In this document: one piece after another, positions 9,134 through 20,181 of the stretch
How the letters are laid out: each line of letters begins with the position of its first letter
Numbering within the stretch: position 1 is the first letter of the stretch
Source of the DNA: an uncultured Candidatus Binatia bacterium
Lineage (GTDB): Bacteria; Desulfobacterota; Binatia; UBA9968; JAJDTQ01
Direction: 5' to 3'
Assembly (NCBI GenBank): GCA_965215605.1
Contig: OZ244070.1
Span: forward strand, 960,001-1,024,000
Length of the DNA: 64,000 nt
Position numbers and translations under genes: made by a program
Notes under the pieces: generated by a model
The model's input: the letters and a program-made list of their open reading frames with translations, nothing else
What the model was told of the DNA's origin: nothing
Database searches by the model: none

Positions 9134-9223
9134 CAGCACGGATCTTGTCAGACGGGGACCTTGAAGTCAACGAAACCGCTACGTTGAATCCCCATACCTC
9201 ATGGTGTATAGCTCCCCGGTTAT

Positions 9224-9997
9224 ATGGAGTTCGAAAATATTCTCATCGAGCGCGACGGGGCCGTGGCGATTGCCACGCTCAACCGCCCGAAGCAGCTCAA
9301 CGCCCTGTCCTTCGGGCTATGCAAGGACCTGTGCCTGGCCCTCGAGGAGCTCGACGCGGATGACTCCGTGCGGGCCTTCATCATCACCGGCGGCGAACGC
9401 GCGTTTGCCGCGGGCGCCGACATCAAAGAGATGGTGGACGCCACCCCGTTCGCCGGAACAGGGCATGACCGGCTGGCCTTCAGGGACCGCATCAACCACC
9501 TGTCGAAACCGGTGATCGCCGCGGTGAGCGGCTTTGCGCTGGGAGGCGGCTGCGAGCTGGCCATGAGTTGCGACATCATCATCGCTTCGGAGTCGGCCGT
9601 GTTCGGTCAGCCCGAGGTCAACCTGGGCACCATCCCGGGTTCCGGCGGGACCCAGCGGCTGACCCGCATCGCAGGCAAGCACAAGGCCATGGAGCTGGTG
9701 CTCACCGGCCGCTTCATGGACGCCGCGGAAGCGGCGCGGTGCGGCCTGGTGAACAAGGTCGTGCCGGTGGAAGTGCTGCTCGACGAGGCCAGGGCCATGG
9801 CCCGGACCATCGCCGCCAAGCCGCCCCTCGCCATCCGTTTGGCCAAGGAAGCCATCCTCAAGGCCGCCAACGCGCCTCTGGACGAAGGGCTGGCATTCGA
9901 ACGCAAGTCCTTCTGCATGCTGTTCGCGTCGGAGGACCGGAGAGAGGGCATGCAGGCGTTCCTCGACAAGCGCAAGCCCGAGTTCAAGGGAAAATGA
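9224..9997 (+). CDS. paaF: Enoyl-CoA hydratase (PaaF-like)
   Basis: AFAAGADIKEM, GGGCELA, FGQPEVNLG (both catalytic Glu), REGM.AF.DKRKP. Confidence 0.8.
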   Translation: MEFENILIERDGAVAIATLNRPKQLNALSFGLCKDLCLALEELDADDSVRAFIITGGERAFAAGADIKEMVDATPFAGTGHDRLAFRDRINHLSKPVIAAVSGFALGGGCELAMSCDIIIASESAVFGQPEVNLGTIPGSGGTQRLTRIAGKHKAMELVLTGRFMDAAEAARCGLVNKVVPVEVLLDEARAMARTIAAKPPLAIRLAKEAILKAANAPLDEGLAFERKSFCMLFASEDRREGMQAFLDKRKPEFKGK

Positions 9998-10776
9998 GCT
10001 ACGAAACGATTCTCTATGAAAAGCGGGACGGGGTCGCCACCATCACCCTGAACCGGCCCGAGGCGCTCAACGCGTTCACCGCGCAGATGAACCGGGAGCT
10101 TCTGGATGCCCTCAAGGACGGCAACCGGGACAAGGCGGTCCGCTGCTTCGTCCTCACCGGCGCCGGCGACCGGGCCTTCTGCGCCGGACAGGATCTCAAG
10201 GAGCGTTCGCCGGACCGGAAGGGCTCGCTGGGGGAATCTCTGAGGTCGCGCTACAACCCCATCATCCTCGCCATCCGCCGCACCGAGAAGATCGTGCTCT
10301 GCGCCGTGAACGGCGTGGCGGCGGGTGCGGGGTGCAACCTGACCCTGGCCTGCGACCTGCGCATCGCCTCGGACAACGCGCGCTTCATCGAGGCCTTCGT
10401 GCGCGTGGGTCTCGGCCCGGACTGCGGCGGCAGCTACTTCATGCCGCGGCTCATCGGGCTCGGCAAGGCCACCGAACTGTTCCTGCTGGGAGAACCCCTG
10501 GGCGCCGAGGAAGCGCTCCGCTACGGGCTGGTGACCAAGGTCGTTCCTTCGGCGGAGCTGGCGGCGGAAACCCGGGCCATGGCGGAAAGACTGGCGCGCG
10601 GACCGCGCAGCGCGGGGCTGATCAAGAGGACGCTCAACCGGTCCATGTACGCCGAGCTCGAAGCGCAGCTCGAATACGAGGCCTGCACCCAGGAGATCGC
10701 CGGCCGCACCGCCGACTACGACGAAGGGGTCCGCGCCTTCACGGAGAAGCGGACCCCGGCGTTCAAGGGGGAGTAG
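9994..10776 (+). CDS. paaG: Ring-1,2-epoxyphenylacetyl-CoA isomerase-like crotonase (PaaG-like)
   Basis: [34 protein letters not shown] (PaaG-type Asp). Confidence 0.8.
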   Translation: MSYETILYEKRDGVATITLNRPEALNAFTAQMNRELLDALKDGNRDKAVRCFVLTGAGDRAFCAGQDLKERSPDRKGSLGESLRSRYNPIILAIRRTEKIVLCAVNGVAAGAGCNLTLACDLRIASDNARFIEAFVRVGLGPDCGGSYFMPRLIGLGKATELFLLGEPLGAEEALRYGLVTKVVPSAELAAETRAMAERLARGPRSAGLIKRTLNRSMYAELEAQLEYEACTQEIAGRTADYDEGVRAFTEKRTPAFKGE

Positions 10777-10814
10777 GCTCCGAAGAAACCCGCGGGCTCT
10801 CCGGGAAATCGATC

Positions 10815-11672
10815 ATGGTCAACGAGAACAAGATCGGGGTGATCGGCGCCGGCACTATGGGCGCCGGCATCGCCCAAGTGGCCGTTCAGGGCGGCTTCGA
10901 GGCGGTGGTGTACGATGTCTCCCAGAATTTCCTCGACCGCGGCCTGGAGAGGACCCGCGGGTTCATCGGCCGCAGCCGGGAGAAGGGCAGCATCGACAAG
11001 GCCGAGGAGGGGCGCATTCTCTCGCGCCTCACCGGCTCACTGGCCGTGGAAGCCCTCGGGGACGCTGCCCTCGTCATCGAAGCGGCCACCGAAAACCTGC
11101 AGGTCAAGCGGGAGCTGTTCCAGAAGCTGGACGCCGCCTGCGCCGCGGAAACGCTGCTGGCCACCAACACGTCGTCCTTGTCGGTGACGGCCATCGGCGG
11201 CGCGGTCCGGGACGCCTCCCGGGTGCTGGGCATGCACTTCTTCAATCCGGCGCCGCTCATGGGACTGGTAGAGGTGGTGCAGGGCGAGCTCACCAGCGCC
11301 GCCACGGTCGGCAAGGCCTCGGACATCGCCAGGAGGTTCGGCAAGACGCCCGTACGCGCCAAGGACACGCCGGGATTCATCGTCAACCGCATCGCCCGGC
11401 CGTTCTACAACGAGGCCCTGCGAATCGTGGGCGACGGCGGCGTCGGGGTGGAGACGGTGGACCGGGTCATGAGGGAATCCGGCGGTTTCCGCATGGGCCC
11501 CTTCGAGCTTCAGGACCTGATCGGCATCGATATCAACTTCACCGCCACGGAGACCCTCTACCGGGCGTTCTTCGAAGACCCGCGTTTCCGGCCGAGTCCG
11601 TTGCAGCAGAAGCTGTACCTGGCCGGACACCTCGGACGAAAGACCGGGAAAGGTTTCTACAGCTATGAATAG
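10815..11672 (+). CDS. paaH: 3-hydroxyacyl-CoA dehydrogenase (PaaH N-terminal part)
   Basis: [41 protein letters not shown]. Confidence 0.85.
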   Translation: MVNENKIGVIGAGTMGAGIAQVAVQGGFEAVVYDVSQNFLDRGLERTRGFIGRSREKGSIDKAEEGRILSRLTGSLAVEALGDAALVIEAATENLQVKRELFQKLDAACAAETLLATNTSSLSVTAIGGAVRDASRVLGMHFFNPAPLMGLVEVVQGELTSAATVGKASDIARRFGKTPVRAKDTPGFIVNRIARPFYNEALRIVGDGGVGVETVDRVMRESGGFRMGPFELQDLIGIDINFTATETLYRAFFEDPRFRPSPLQQKLYLAGHLGRKTGKGFYSYE

Positions 11673-12408
11673 CGTGGCGATCCTCGGCGCCAACCGCCTG
11701 GCGGAGGACTGGCACCGGCTGGCCACGGACAAGGGGCTCGCCGCGGCTCGGTACGCCCGCGCCGCCGAGGTGGACCCTGCCACCGAGGTGGTGGTGGACA
11801 CCCTGGCCCACGGGCGCGAACGGAAGCGGCTGCTGCTGGAAGAGCTCGACGCCGCGGCGCCGGGAGCGGCGGTGGTCCTGAGCTCATGCGTCCGTTGGTC
11901 CGCCACCACCATTGCCTGCTGGAGCCGCCGGCCCGAGCGGGTGGTCGGTTTCGCCACCTTCCACCCGTTGGCGCCGCGGAACCTCATCGAGCTGGCCCGG
12001 GGGCTCGACACCGGCGAGGAAGCCTTCCGGGCGGCCGAATCCCTGGTGCACAGCCTCGGCAAGGAGAGCGCCGAGGTCAAGGACGCTCCCGGCCTGGTGT
12101 TCCCGCGGATCCTGAGCCTCATCATCAACGAGGCCGCGCGCAGCCTGGACGAGGGCATCGCCACCGCCGAGGAGATAGACATCGCCCTGAGGCTCGGCAC
12201 CAACTATCCCCAGGGGCCGTTACGCTGGGCCGACGAGATCGGCCTCGACGAGGTGCTCGCGGTCATCGAGGGACTCGAGGAAGAGACTGGCGACGACCGC
12301 TACCGGCCCGCGCCCCTGTTGAGGAAGCTGGTCGCGTCCGGACGTCTCGGCGAGACCACGGGGCGCGGGTTCTACGACCACGGGGAAAAGGGCGATGCCG
12401 CTCCTTGA
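11665..12408 (+). CDS. 3-hydroxyacyl-CoA dehydrogenase C-terminal-like subunit (degenerate NAD domain)
   Basis: [35 protein letters not shown]; lacks GxGxxG and the catalytic His motif. Confidence 0.8.
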   Translation: MNSVAILGANRLAEDWHRLATDKGLAAARYARAAEVDPATEVVVDTLAHGRERKRLLLEELDAAAPGAAVVLSSCVRWSATTIACWSRRPERVVGFATFHPLAPRNLIELARGLDTGEEAFRAAESLVHSLGKESAEVKDAPGLVFPRILSLIINEAARSLDEGIATAEEIDIALRLGTNYPQGPLRWADEIGLDEVLAVIEGLEEETGDDRYRPAPLLRKLVASGRLGETTGRGFYDHGEKGDAAP

Positions 12409-12478
12409 CCCGGGTCCCGGGATATTGGAAGATCAGGTCTGAAACGCGGCGTCCACGCCGCAGCAGGAAAGGCGCATC

Positions 12479-13681
12479 ATGCCCGAAGCCGTCATCGTCG
12501 ACGCCGCCCGCACCCCGATGGGGCGCTACGGAGGGATTCTCAAGGACATCCGACCGGATGATCTGGCGGCGCAAATCATCGACAAGCTCGTCGCCCGCAA
12601 CGGCATCGACAGGGAAACCATCGAGGACGTGATCCTGGGATGCACCAACCAGGCCGGAGAAGACTGCCGCAACGTGGCCCGCAACGCTTCCCTGCTGGCG
12701 GGCATTCCGGACTCGGTGCCCGGCGCCACCGTGAACCGCCTCTGCGGTTCCGGACTGGAAGCGGTCAACCAGGCCGGGCGGGCGGTAGGGGCCGAGGAGG
12801 GCGACCTGTTCGTGGCGGGCGGCGTCGAGTTGATGACCCGCGCGCCGCTCGTCATGCCCAAGGGGGGCGCCCCGTTCGCCCGCGGCGACGTCACGGTCTA
12901 CGACAGCGTGCTCGGGTGGCGTTTCCCGAACCCCCGCATGGGTGAGCTGTACCCGCTCATCAGCCTGGGCGAAACCGCCGAGAACGTGGCGGAGAAGTAC
13001 GCCGTCACCCGCGAACAACAGGACGCCTTCGGCTTCAAGAGCCACCGCAACGCGGTGGCGGCCCAGGAGGCGGGGCGGCTGGGCGATGAGATCATTGCCG
13101 TGGCCGTGCCGCAGCGGCGCGGCGACCCGGTGGTCCACAACCGCGATGAAGGTCCCCGGCCGGACACCAGCCTGGAACAACTCGCCGCCCTGAGGCCCGC
13201 CTTCGTCAAGAACGGCACGGTGACGGCGGGCAACTCCTCGCCGCTGTCCGACGGCGCCGCGGCGCTGATCGTGACTTCCCGCGAGAAGGCGGAGGCCCTG
13301 AAGCTCAAGCCCTTGGTCCGGATCGTCGCTTCGGCGGTGGCGGGAGTGGATCCTGCCTTCATGGGCATCGGCCCCGTCCCGGCAAGCCGAAAAGCGCTCA
13401 AACGGGCCGGGCTGACCGCCGACCAGCTCGACCTGGTCGAGTTGAACGAAGCCTTCGCCTCCCAGTCGCTGGCATGCGTCAGGGAACTCGACCTGGATCC
13501 GGACAAGGTCAACGTCAACGGCGGCGCCATCGCCCTCGGACACCCTTTGGGTTGCAGCGGCGCCAGGATCATGACAACGTTGATCCATGAGATGAAACGG
13601 CGCGGCAGCCGCTACGGCATGGCCACCATGTGCATCGGCGTGGGACAGGGCATCGCAACCGTGGTGGAACGGGCCGGCTAG
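12479..13681 (+). CDS. paaJ: Beta-ketoadipyl-CoA/3-oxo-5,6-didehydrosuberyl-CoA thiolase (PaaJ/PcaF-like)
   Basis: [39 protein letters not shown]. Confidence 0.85.
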   Translation: MPEAVIVDAARTPMGRYGGILKDIRPDDLAAQIIDKLVARNGIDRETIEDVILGCTNQAGEDCRNVARNASLLAGIPDSVPGATVNRLCGSGLEAVNQAGRAVGAEEGDLFVAGGVELMTRAPLVMPKGGAPFARGDVTVYDSVLGWRFPNPRMGELYPLISLGETAENVAEKYAVTREQQDAFGFKSHRNAVAAQEAGRLGDEIIAVAVPQRRGDPVVHNRDEGPRPDTSLEQLAALRPAFVKNGTVTAGNSSPLSDGAAALIVTSREKAEALKLKPLVRIVASAVAGVDPAFMGIGPVPASRKALKRAGLTADQLDLVELNEAFASQSLACVRELDLDPDKVNVNGGAIALGHPLGCSGARIMTTLIHEMKRRGSRYGMATMCIGVGQGIATVVERAG

Positions 13682-13827
13682 CCGCCCAAGCCGGGGCCAT
13701 TGGTCGATTGAACTCAACATATGTGGTGGCAACATAACAGGGAATGCATATATTGTGGTCTGTTAGACGCCCGCTCCTCGAGTGGAACAGGGTTTCATTC
13801 AGGAGGTAGGCGGGAAGACCTCGAGAA

Positions 13828-16449
13828 ATGAAAAGCAAGGTATCCAGGCTCCTGGTTCTCCTGTCGCTCACGGTGGTGCTGGCGGTGGCGGCGGTGGTGG
13901 GGCTGGAAGCGCTGCTGGACAACCGCAAGGAAATGATACGCTGGCAGATGGCAGATGCCATCGGCCGCGCGGTGACCTTCGACGCCGTCCACCTGAGTTT
14001 TCTCCAACACCCCGGAAGCCTCGGCATTACGTTGACCGACTTGCGTGTCGCCGACGACCCCCGGTTCGCGGCCACTCCGTTGATCCATGCAAGCCAGACC
14101 ACCATTTCACTGGGGTGGCTGTCGCTTTTCACCGGCAATCCCACCATCTCCCACATCGTCCTCAACCAGCCCGAGATTCAGGTCATCCGTAACGAGTACG
14201 GCGATGTCAATATTCTCACACCGGCGCAGCCGCTGAACTCGGGCTTCCAGTCGGTCCACGGCGCCGGCACCACGGTGAGCGCCACCGGCGGAAAGCTCTA
14301 TTTCATCGACCGATCATCCGACAAACCCGAAGAGTTGCGCCTCCACAACATCGACGTGGCGCTCTCATCGTCGGGCGGACGGCGCGTCAACGTTGATCTT
14401 TCCGGGACCCTCACCCCGGACGGCGGGCAACCGTTCTCCGTGACCGGTACCGTGGGCACGTCGCGGCCGCTGTCGAAGTGGACCGAGAACCCGGTGGATC
14501 TCGAGTTGCGCGCGGAAACCCTGCCGAACGTGTTTGCCGCTCGCGGATGGAAGCTGCTGGAAAAGCACCTCCCCGGCTACCTCCGTCCCTCCGCGCCTCT
14601 GGCCGTAAGCACTCGTGTGTCCGGCCGCTTGGCCAGGCCGCGGCTGTCGCGGATGCGGGTCACCGGCAGCCTGTTCGGCGCCGCCGCCGACAACGCCACC
14701 TTCACCGGCGAAGTGGACTTTTCCAAGGCGGCGGCGTGGAACGAGGGCCGCATCAAGGCGGAGTTGCAACTGAGCCCGGTGACGCTGGACCAACTCAGGC
14801 AGATCCCTTGGGCGAACCGCGTGTTGCCGGCGGCGCTGGTGGTCCACAAGCCCCTGAACTTGGCCAACGTCGTCGAGGGTCGGCTCGACGACCTGAAGAT
14901 TCACACCTCGGTGACGGTGGATGCCAATGCGATCCAGTACGGCAAGTGGTTTCACAAGCCGCCCGGGGTGACGGCCCGTTTGGCCATGGCCATGCGGGTA
15001 CGCAAGAACCAACTGCTCATCCACCCGTCCGAAGCGAGGCTTCACACCGGAACGGTCGCGTTCTCGGGTTCCATCCACCAGCAGCCGGAACAGGTGGTGC
15101 GGCTGCGGGTGAAGACCGCCGACCTGCCGCTGGCGGGATGGCAGGCGCTGGTACCCGCGGGCGCGGGCTACAAGCTCGACGGCACCGTGAACGCCGACTT
15201 CACCTTGCGGCGGCAGTCGGCTCCACGGAACGAACCGCCGACGATCACGGGCAGCCTCCGGTTGGCCGGCATCAACGTCATCGGCCCGCCGGGGAAGCAC
15301 AGGACGATCCAGGGGCTCCAGGGTGAGCTGGAGTTCCGCGGCAGGGACATCGAGATCCGAAACATCCAGTTGAGGTCGGGGTTGTCGGACCTCCGGCTGC
15401 AGGGGCTGCTGACGGACCTGAACCGCCCCACCCTCCACTACAGCGTGCAGTCCAACCTGTTGAATCTCGCCGACGTGACCGGAGACGCGGCGTACCGGGC
15501 GGACTCCTTGAGCAATCTGGTGAGCGAAGGGTCCGCGGAGTTCACCGAGGGCGTCCTGGCGTTCAAGGGCCATCTTGCCTCCAGCAACGGGCGCCTGAAG
15601 GGGGTTCCATACCACAACCTTCGCGGGAACGTACGCTGGAACGGGACCGGCGTGAAGGTCGACGGGCTGGACGTTGAAGCGCTGGGCGGCAGGGTCCGCG
15701 GCGAGGGCGCGTTCACGAACCGCGACGGCAAGGGCTTCGAGGTCGAGTTGAACCCGGCAGTGGAGTCCCTGGAACTGGGGAACCTTCTGGCCCAGTTCCC
15801 GCTCGAGCCGGCGGAGCCTGTCAACGGACGCCTGAACCTGGAAGGCCGATTCAGGAGTTCCGGAAAGGACTGGCCGTCCGTGGTCCGCAACCTCGGCGGA
15901 CGAGGCCGTTTCAGCCTGGACAAGGGGGTCCTGGCCAACTTCAATCCTGTCCGCCGGGTGCTGGAGGCCATGGATGCCGTGGAAGGCATCGACCGAATCG
16001 ATGCCGCCGGTCCCGCTTTCATCTCCCTGGTCCGCGACGACCGGGCTTCCTTCGACAGGGCCGAGGGCACGTTCACCGTTGACGACGGCCGGGTCCGGAG
16101 CAGCAATCTGCGGCTGATCGCCGACGAGTACAGTATCGTCGGAAGAGGCTGGGCGGACCGTGACGGCGGCGTGGATCTGCAGGGGACCCTTGTCCTCTCG
16201 TCCGAGTTCTCCCGCGACCTGAGCGGACGCTACCGCAATGTCCGCTACCTCTTCGATGCCGACGGCATCAGCCTGCCTTTCCGGCTGGCCGGACGCATCC
16301 CCGACGTGACCGCTCGACCCAACGTCGCGCAGATCACCCGTTACATGTACGACAAGCTCGCGGAAGAGAGGCCGCCGCGGCGCGACCGTGACGGCGGCTT
16401 CAGCCTGTGGAAGCGATTGGAACGGGGTTTCCGGGAGATGCTGCGCTGA
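13828..16449 (+). CDS. AsmA family protein
   Basis: N-terminal TM, long beta-rich body, AsmA-like C-terminus (GTFTVDDGRV, SLPFRLAG). Confidence 0.8.
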   Translation: MKSKVSRLLVLLSLTVVLAVAAVVGLEALLDNRKEMIRWQMADAIGRAVTFDAVHLSFLQHPGSLGITLTDLRVADDPRFAATPLIHASQTTISLGWLSLFTGNPTISHIVLNQPEIQVIRNEYGDVNILTPAQPLNSGFQSVHGAGTTVSATGGKLYFIDRSSDKPEELRLHNIDVALSSSGGRRVNVDLSGTLTPDGGQPFSVTGTVGTSRPLSKWTENPVDLELRAETLPNVFAARGWKLLEKHLPGYLRPSAPLAVSTRVSGRLARPRLSRMRVTGSLFGAAADNATFTGEVDFSKAAAWNEGRIKAELQLSPVTLDQLRQIPWANRVLPAALVVHKPLNLANVVEGRLDDLKIHTSVTVDANAIQYGKWFHKPPGVTARLAMAMRVRKNQLLIHPSEARLHTGTVAFSGSIHQQPEQVVRLRVKTADLPLAGWQALVPAGAGYKLDGTVNADFTLRRQSAPRNEPPTITGSLRLAGINVIGPPGKHRTIQGLQGELEFRGRDIEIRNIQLRSGLSDLRLQGLLTDLNRPTLHYSVQSNLLNLADVTGDAAYRADSLSNLVSEGSAEFTEGVLAFKGHLASSNGRLKGVPYHNLRGNVRWNGTGVKVDGLDVEALGGRVRGEGAFTNRDGKGFEVELNPAVESLELGNLLAQFPLEPAEPVNGRLNLEGRFRSSGKDWPSVVRNLGGRGRFSLDKGVLANFNPVRRVLEAMDAVEGIDRIDAAGPAFISLVRDDRASFDRAEGTFTVDDGRVRSSNLRLIADEYSIVGRGWADRDGGVDLQGTLVLSSEFSRDLSGRYRNVRYLFDADGISLPFRLAGRIPDVTARPNVAQITRYMYDKLAEERPPRRDRDGGFSLWKRLERGFREMLR

Positions 16450-16514
16450 CCGTCTCGACTCCCCTCCCCGAGTCTCTTTCGCGCCGCCGCAACGGCAACC
16501 CTTTCTTTGGACAC

Positions 16515-16802
16515 ATGGAGCACCACGAGATCTATCTCCATGTACGCCGGCAGGACATCGCGTACATCAAGTTCATCGTGGAATCCTATGAACTGCTCGG
16601 CATCATCCGCACCGTGGACCCCGAGAAGACGGTCATCGTCCTGCTGGTGCTGGAGGACTCCCTGACCCTGGCCCGCGAGGTACTGGCCGCCTTGGCCGAT
16701 GAAGTGGACATGAAGGAGGTCCCCCGGCCCGCTGGCCTCGGCGGCGACTGGCTTCTTGGCGAGCTCGCCATGCCCGAGCGGGACGCCGGCGAAGAAACGT
16801 AA
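16515..16802 (+). CDS. DUF4911 family protein
   Basis: RRQDIAYIKFIVESYE.LG..RTVD motif. Confidence 0.75.
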   Translation: MEHHEIYLHVRRQDIAYIKFIVESYELLGIIRTVDPEKTVIVLLVLEDSLTLAREVLAALADEVDMKEVPRPAGLGGDWLLGELAMPERDAGEET

Positions 16803-18944
16803 TTGAACGATCCCGCCAACCTCAAACCCCGGATCCTCTCGCTCATGCTCTCCAGGCCGGGGCACCGTTTCAGCCTGAAAGAGATACGGAAGGGCTTCGG
16901 CAAACCGGCAAGGGAACCGGTGGTGGAAGCGCTCAAGGAACTGATCCACGAGCGCAGGGTGATCCGCCTGCACAAGAATCACTACGCCCTTGCCAAGGCC
17001 GCCAGCGTCGTGTCCGGCGTGGTCCAGGGACATGCTGATGGTTTTGGCTTCCTGGTCCCCGATCAGAAGGGGATGGACGACATCTATCTCAGCCGCAGGG
17101 AGATGCGGCGGGTGATGCACGGCGACCGCGCGCTGGTACGTCCGGAGGAGAAGCGGGACGGGGACAGCCAAGGGCACGTCGTGGAAGTGTTGGAACGGGG
17201 ACAGCGCCGTCTCGTGGGCGTGGTCCAGACCGACGGAGAGCGCACCCTGCTGGTGCCCATGGACCCGCGCGTCGCGCCGGCGATTCCGCTGACGGGCGCC
17301 GGGGCGGTGCGTCCCGGCCAGGTGGCAGCGGTGGAGATGACCCGCTACGGCGGTGGCTACACGCCTCCCGAAGCCCGGCTCCAGCGCCTGCTGGGCTCCC
17401 CCGACGACCCCGACGCGCAGGCGCAGGCTGTGATCTTCCGCTACGAATGGCCCGAGGACTTCTCGGAGGAGGCCCGGCAAGAGGCGCAGCGCCACGGCAC
17501 GGACGTGGACCCCGCCGGCCTTGCCGGACGCCGGGACCTGCGGCCGCTCACCACCCTCACCATCGACGGCGAGACCGCCCGTGACTTCGACGATGCCGTC
17601 AGCATCGAAAAGACGGCGAACGGCTACCGGCTGTACGTCTCCATCGCCGACGTGGCCCACTACGTGCCCCGAGGCTCCCAAGTGGACGGCGAGGCCTATG
17701 CCCGCGGCACCAGTGTCTACTTCCCGGACCGTGCCCTGCCCATGCTGCCCCCGGCGCTGTCCACGGGCATCTGCAGCCTCCGGCCGGGCGTGGACCGGCT
17801 CACCCGCACGGCGCTCCTGGAGATCGACCGCCGGGGCGAAGTCGAACGGGTGGAGATCTTCCGGTCGGTGATCCGGAGCGCCGCCCGGCTCACCTACACC
17901 GAGGTGGGCCGCATGCTGGTGGACCGGGACGCCGCCGTCATCGGGAAGTACCCGGAGCTGATCGACTCCCTCCGCGCCATGGAGGAACTGACGCGCCTCC
18001 TCATGGACCGGCGGCGCGCCCGAGGCAGCCTCGACTTCGAGTTGCCGGAGACGGAGATCGTGCTGGGCGAGGACAACATGCCCATCGACATCCGGCGCGC
18101 CCGACGCACCATCGCGCACCGCATGATCGAGGAGTTCATGATCGCGGCCAACGAAGCGGTGGCCGGCCACCTGCGAAAACGCAAGTTCCCGTGCGTGTAC
18201 CGCGTGCACGAAGGACCCGACGAGGACACCCTGGACGCCATCGGCCCGTTCCTCTCGACCCTGGGGTACCCGCTCCACCGGAGCGGGGAGAAGATATCGT
18301 CCCGGGAGCTCCAGCGCACCCTGGAAGCTTGCCGCGGCAAGCCCGAGGAACGGGTGCTGAACCGCATGCTGCTGCGCTCCATGAAGCAAGCCTGTTACGA
18401 CCGGGAGAACATCGGACACTTCGGCCTGGCGTCCGACGCATACCTGCACTTCACCTCCCCCATCCGCCGCTACCCCGACCTCATGGTCCACCGGCTCCTG
18501 GACCGCGCCACGGCCGGCCCGAAGCTCGATTCCGGCACCCGGGAAGACCTCGACGCCTACCTGCGCGAGGCCGCCGACCACGGCTCCCGACGCGAGCGCC
18601 TGGCCATGGACGCCGAGCGCGAGATGGTGGACCTCAAGAAGGCCCAGTTCATGACCGACAAGATCGGGCAGGAACACACCGGCGTCATCACCAACCTCAC
18701 CAACTTCGGCTTCTTCGTCGAGCTGGACCGCTGGTTCGTGGAAGGACTGGTGAACCTCAAATCCCTGGAGGACGACTTCTACCGCTATTACGAGACCGCC
18801 CACCTCATCAAGGGTCAGAACCACGGCCGGAGCTTCCGCATGGGCGACCCGGTCACCGTGAAGGTGGTGCGGGTGAAGCTCTTCCAAGGGGAGATCGACT
18901 TCGAGCTGGCGCGGCCGCCCGCTTCGCGCGCATCTGTCGGTTGA
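16803..18944 (+). CDS. rnr: Ribonuclease R
   Basis: GFGFL cold-shock domain, TIDGETARDFDDA, RGTSVYFP, HFTSPIRRYPDL, C-terminal S1. Confidence 0.96.
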   Translation: MNDPANLKPRILSLMLSRPGHRFSLKEIRKGFGKPAREPVVEALKELIHERRVIRLHKNHYALAKAASVVSGVVQGHADGFGFLVPDQKGMDDIYLSRREMRRVMHGDRALVRPEEKRDGDSQGHVVEVLERGQRRLVGVVQTDGERTLLVPMDPRVAPAIPLTGAGAVRPGQVAAVEMTRYGGGYTPPEARLQRLLGSPDDPDAQAQAVIFRYEWPEDFSEEARQEAQRHGTDVDPAGLAGRRDLRPLTTLTIDGETARDFDDAVSIEKTANGYRLYVSIADVAHYVPRGSQVDGEAYARGTSVYFPDRALPMLPPALSTGICSLRPGVDRLTRTALLEIDRRGEVERVEIFRSVIRSAARLTYTEVGRMLVDRDAAVIGKYPELIDSLRAMEELTRLLMDRRRARGSLDFELPETEIVLGEDNMPIDIRRARRTIAHRMIEEFMIAANEAVAGHLRKRKFPCVYRVHEGPDEDTLDAIGPFLSTLGYPLHRSGEKISSRELQRTLEACRGKPEERVLNRMLLRSMKQACYDRENIGHFGLASDAYLHFTSPIRRYPDLMVHRLLDRATAGPKLDSGTREDLDAYLREAADHGSRRERLAMDAEREMVDLKKAQFMTDKIGQEHTGVITNLTNFGFFVELDRWFVEGLVNLKSLEDDFYRYYETAHLIKGQNHGRSFRMGDPVTVKVVRVKLFQGEIDFELARPPASRASVG

Positions 18945-19054
18945 TCGCCGCCGTCGGTCTTGAACGCATGGACGCGCCCCACGTCAGGCACCTCACCGGC
19001 CCGCTCTGGGAAATGCGCATGAGCGGCCAAGCGGGCACATCGCGGGCGCTCTAC
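18917..19054 (+). pseudogene. RelE/ParE-like (Gp49/DUF891-type) toxin fragment
   Basis: ARFARICRLIAAVGLERMDAPHVRHLTGPLWEMRMSGQAGTSRALY; no start or C-terminus of its own; overlaps the rnr end. Confidence 0.75.
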
Positions 19055-19068
19055 GACTGGAGGACAGT

Positions 19069-19815
19069 TTGGGTTCAACGATCGGCGGTTTGACGTTGGA
19101 CGAAATCAACGCGCGAATGGGTGATGGGGAGCTAGATGGCGTTCCGGGGACATTCTCGTGCGATAGAGCCGGGGGCGGGAGCTGTCCTGCCTTCTTTGGC
19201 ACGAATTTCGACCCGACCGGTACGGACTGGATTTTCACTCCGCATGGGGCGACACGTACTGAGTCAACACCCGATGCCGACTATCTGGCTGGCGGTGTCT
19301 GGCTGTTCATGCCCGACAATGCCACGAACGCCGACGATGTCGTGTTCGGCGCCTTCGGTGATGGCAGCGATCCATTCGACCAGCGCAGTGTCATGGCACT
19401 TCGAGACACCGCAAGCTACAATGGTTTGGTGACCGGGGTATATTCGGCCAAATCGGGCGGCGATACGGAAATTGGCTACGTGGATGGCCGGGTCTCTCTC
19501 ACGGTCGATTTCGGCGGAGGAAGCGAGCTCGGAACAATCGGCGGATCGGTCACCGGTATCGAAATGGACGGCGACCGGATTGCTGGCTCGCTGACCTTGG
19601 GAACTGCCGACATCGGCGGTTCCGACAGCGGCTTCTTCGAGGGCAATCTGAGCGGCACTGTGGGAGGGACTGGCTACACGGGAAGATGGGGCGGTCAGTT
19701 CTTCGGCAACGGCGAGGCGGATGGGAAGCCAGGGTCGGTCGGCGGCACGTTGGGCGGGGCATCCGGAGACCGCTCTGCAAGCTTCGTGGGAGTCTTCGGC
19801 GCCTCAAATGATTGA
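19069..19815 (+). pseudogene. Transferrin-binding protein B-like beta-barrel, N-terminally truncated
   Basis: DADYLAGGVWL, TASYNG, VSLTVDFG, G.WGGQFFG, GSVGGT.G, FVGVFGA C-terminus; no signal peptide. Confidence 0.65.
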
Positions 19816-19842
19816 GAAGCCGGTTCGAGGTTGCAAACCGAA

Positions 19843-19880
19843 AGCAGGGCAGCGCCGGCGCTGCCCTGCTCGCTTTCTTT
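19843..19880 (+). terminator. Perfect 28-bp palindrome followed by a T-rich tract
   Basis: agcagggcagcgcc|ggcgctgccctgct then cgctttcttt. Confidence 0.55.
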
Positions 19881-19890
19881 CGATACGTCC

Positions 19891-20162
19891 ATGCAGTTCG
19901 TCCGCGCTATCGCTTTCGTGATCGTGTTCGCCGCCACGCCCCGCGCCGCTTCGGAAGAGAGGACGTATATTTCATCCGATCCGGGGGGAAGCGTGCAAGA
20001 GCCCTGATTGGCAGCGGCCGGTTTCGGTTCGCGTTGCACCCTGTGCCCCCGGTTCATCCGGATCGCACGGATGTCCTGTTTCTCGTGGGACTGGCGGCGC
20101 TCGGTGCGGGGCAGCCCTCGCAGTCGGGAGACCGCGTTCTTCCCAAAGAACGCAACGGGTAG
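19891..20162 (+). pseudogene. Degenerate N-terminus of a TPR/Slam-like (surface lipoprotein assembly modifier) gene
   Basis: Signal-like MQFVRAIAFVIVFAATPRA, frameshift near G6 (19983-19988), then ARALIGSGRF..AL...HPDRTDVLFLVGLAA; lies directly after the TbpB-like gene. Confidence 0.4.
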
Positions 20163-20181
20163 CGTTACAACGAGAAATGAT

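Noticed and set aside
20005-20007. In-frame TGA ahead of the 20008 ORF as a second Sec codon
   Set aside because: No redox motif or convincing SECIS; better explained as the frameshifted Slam-like remnant
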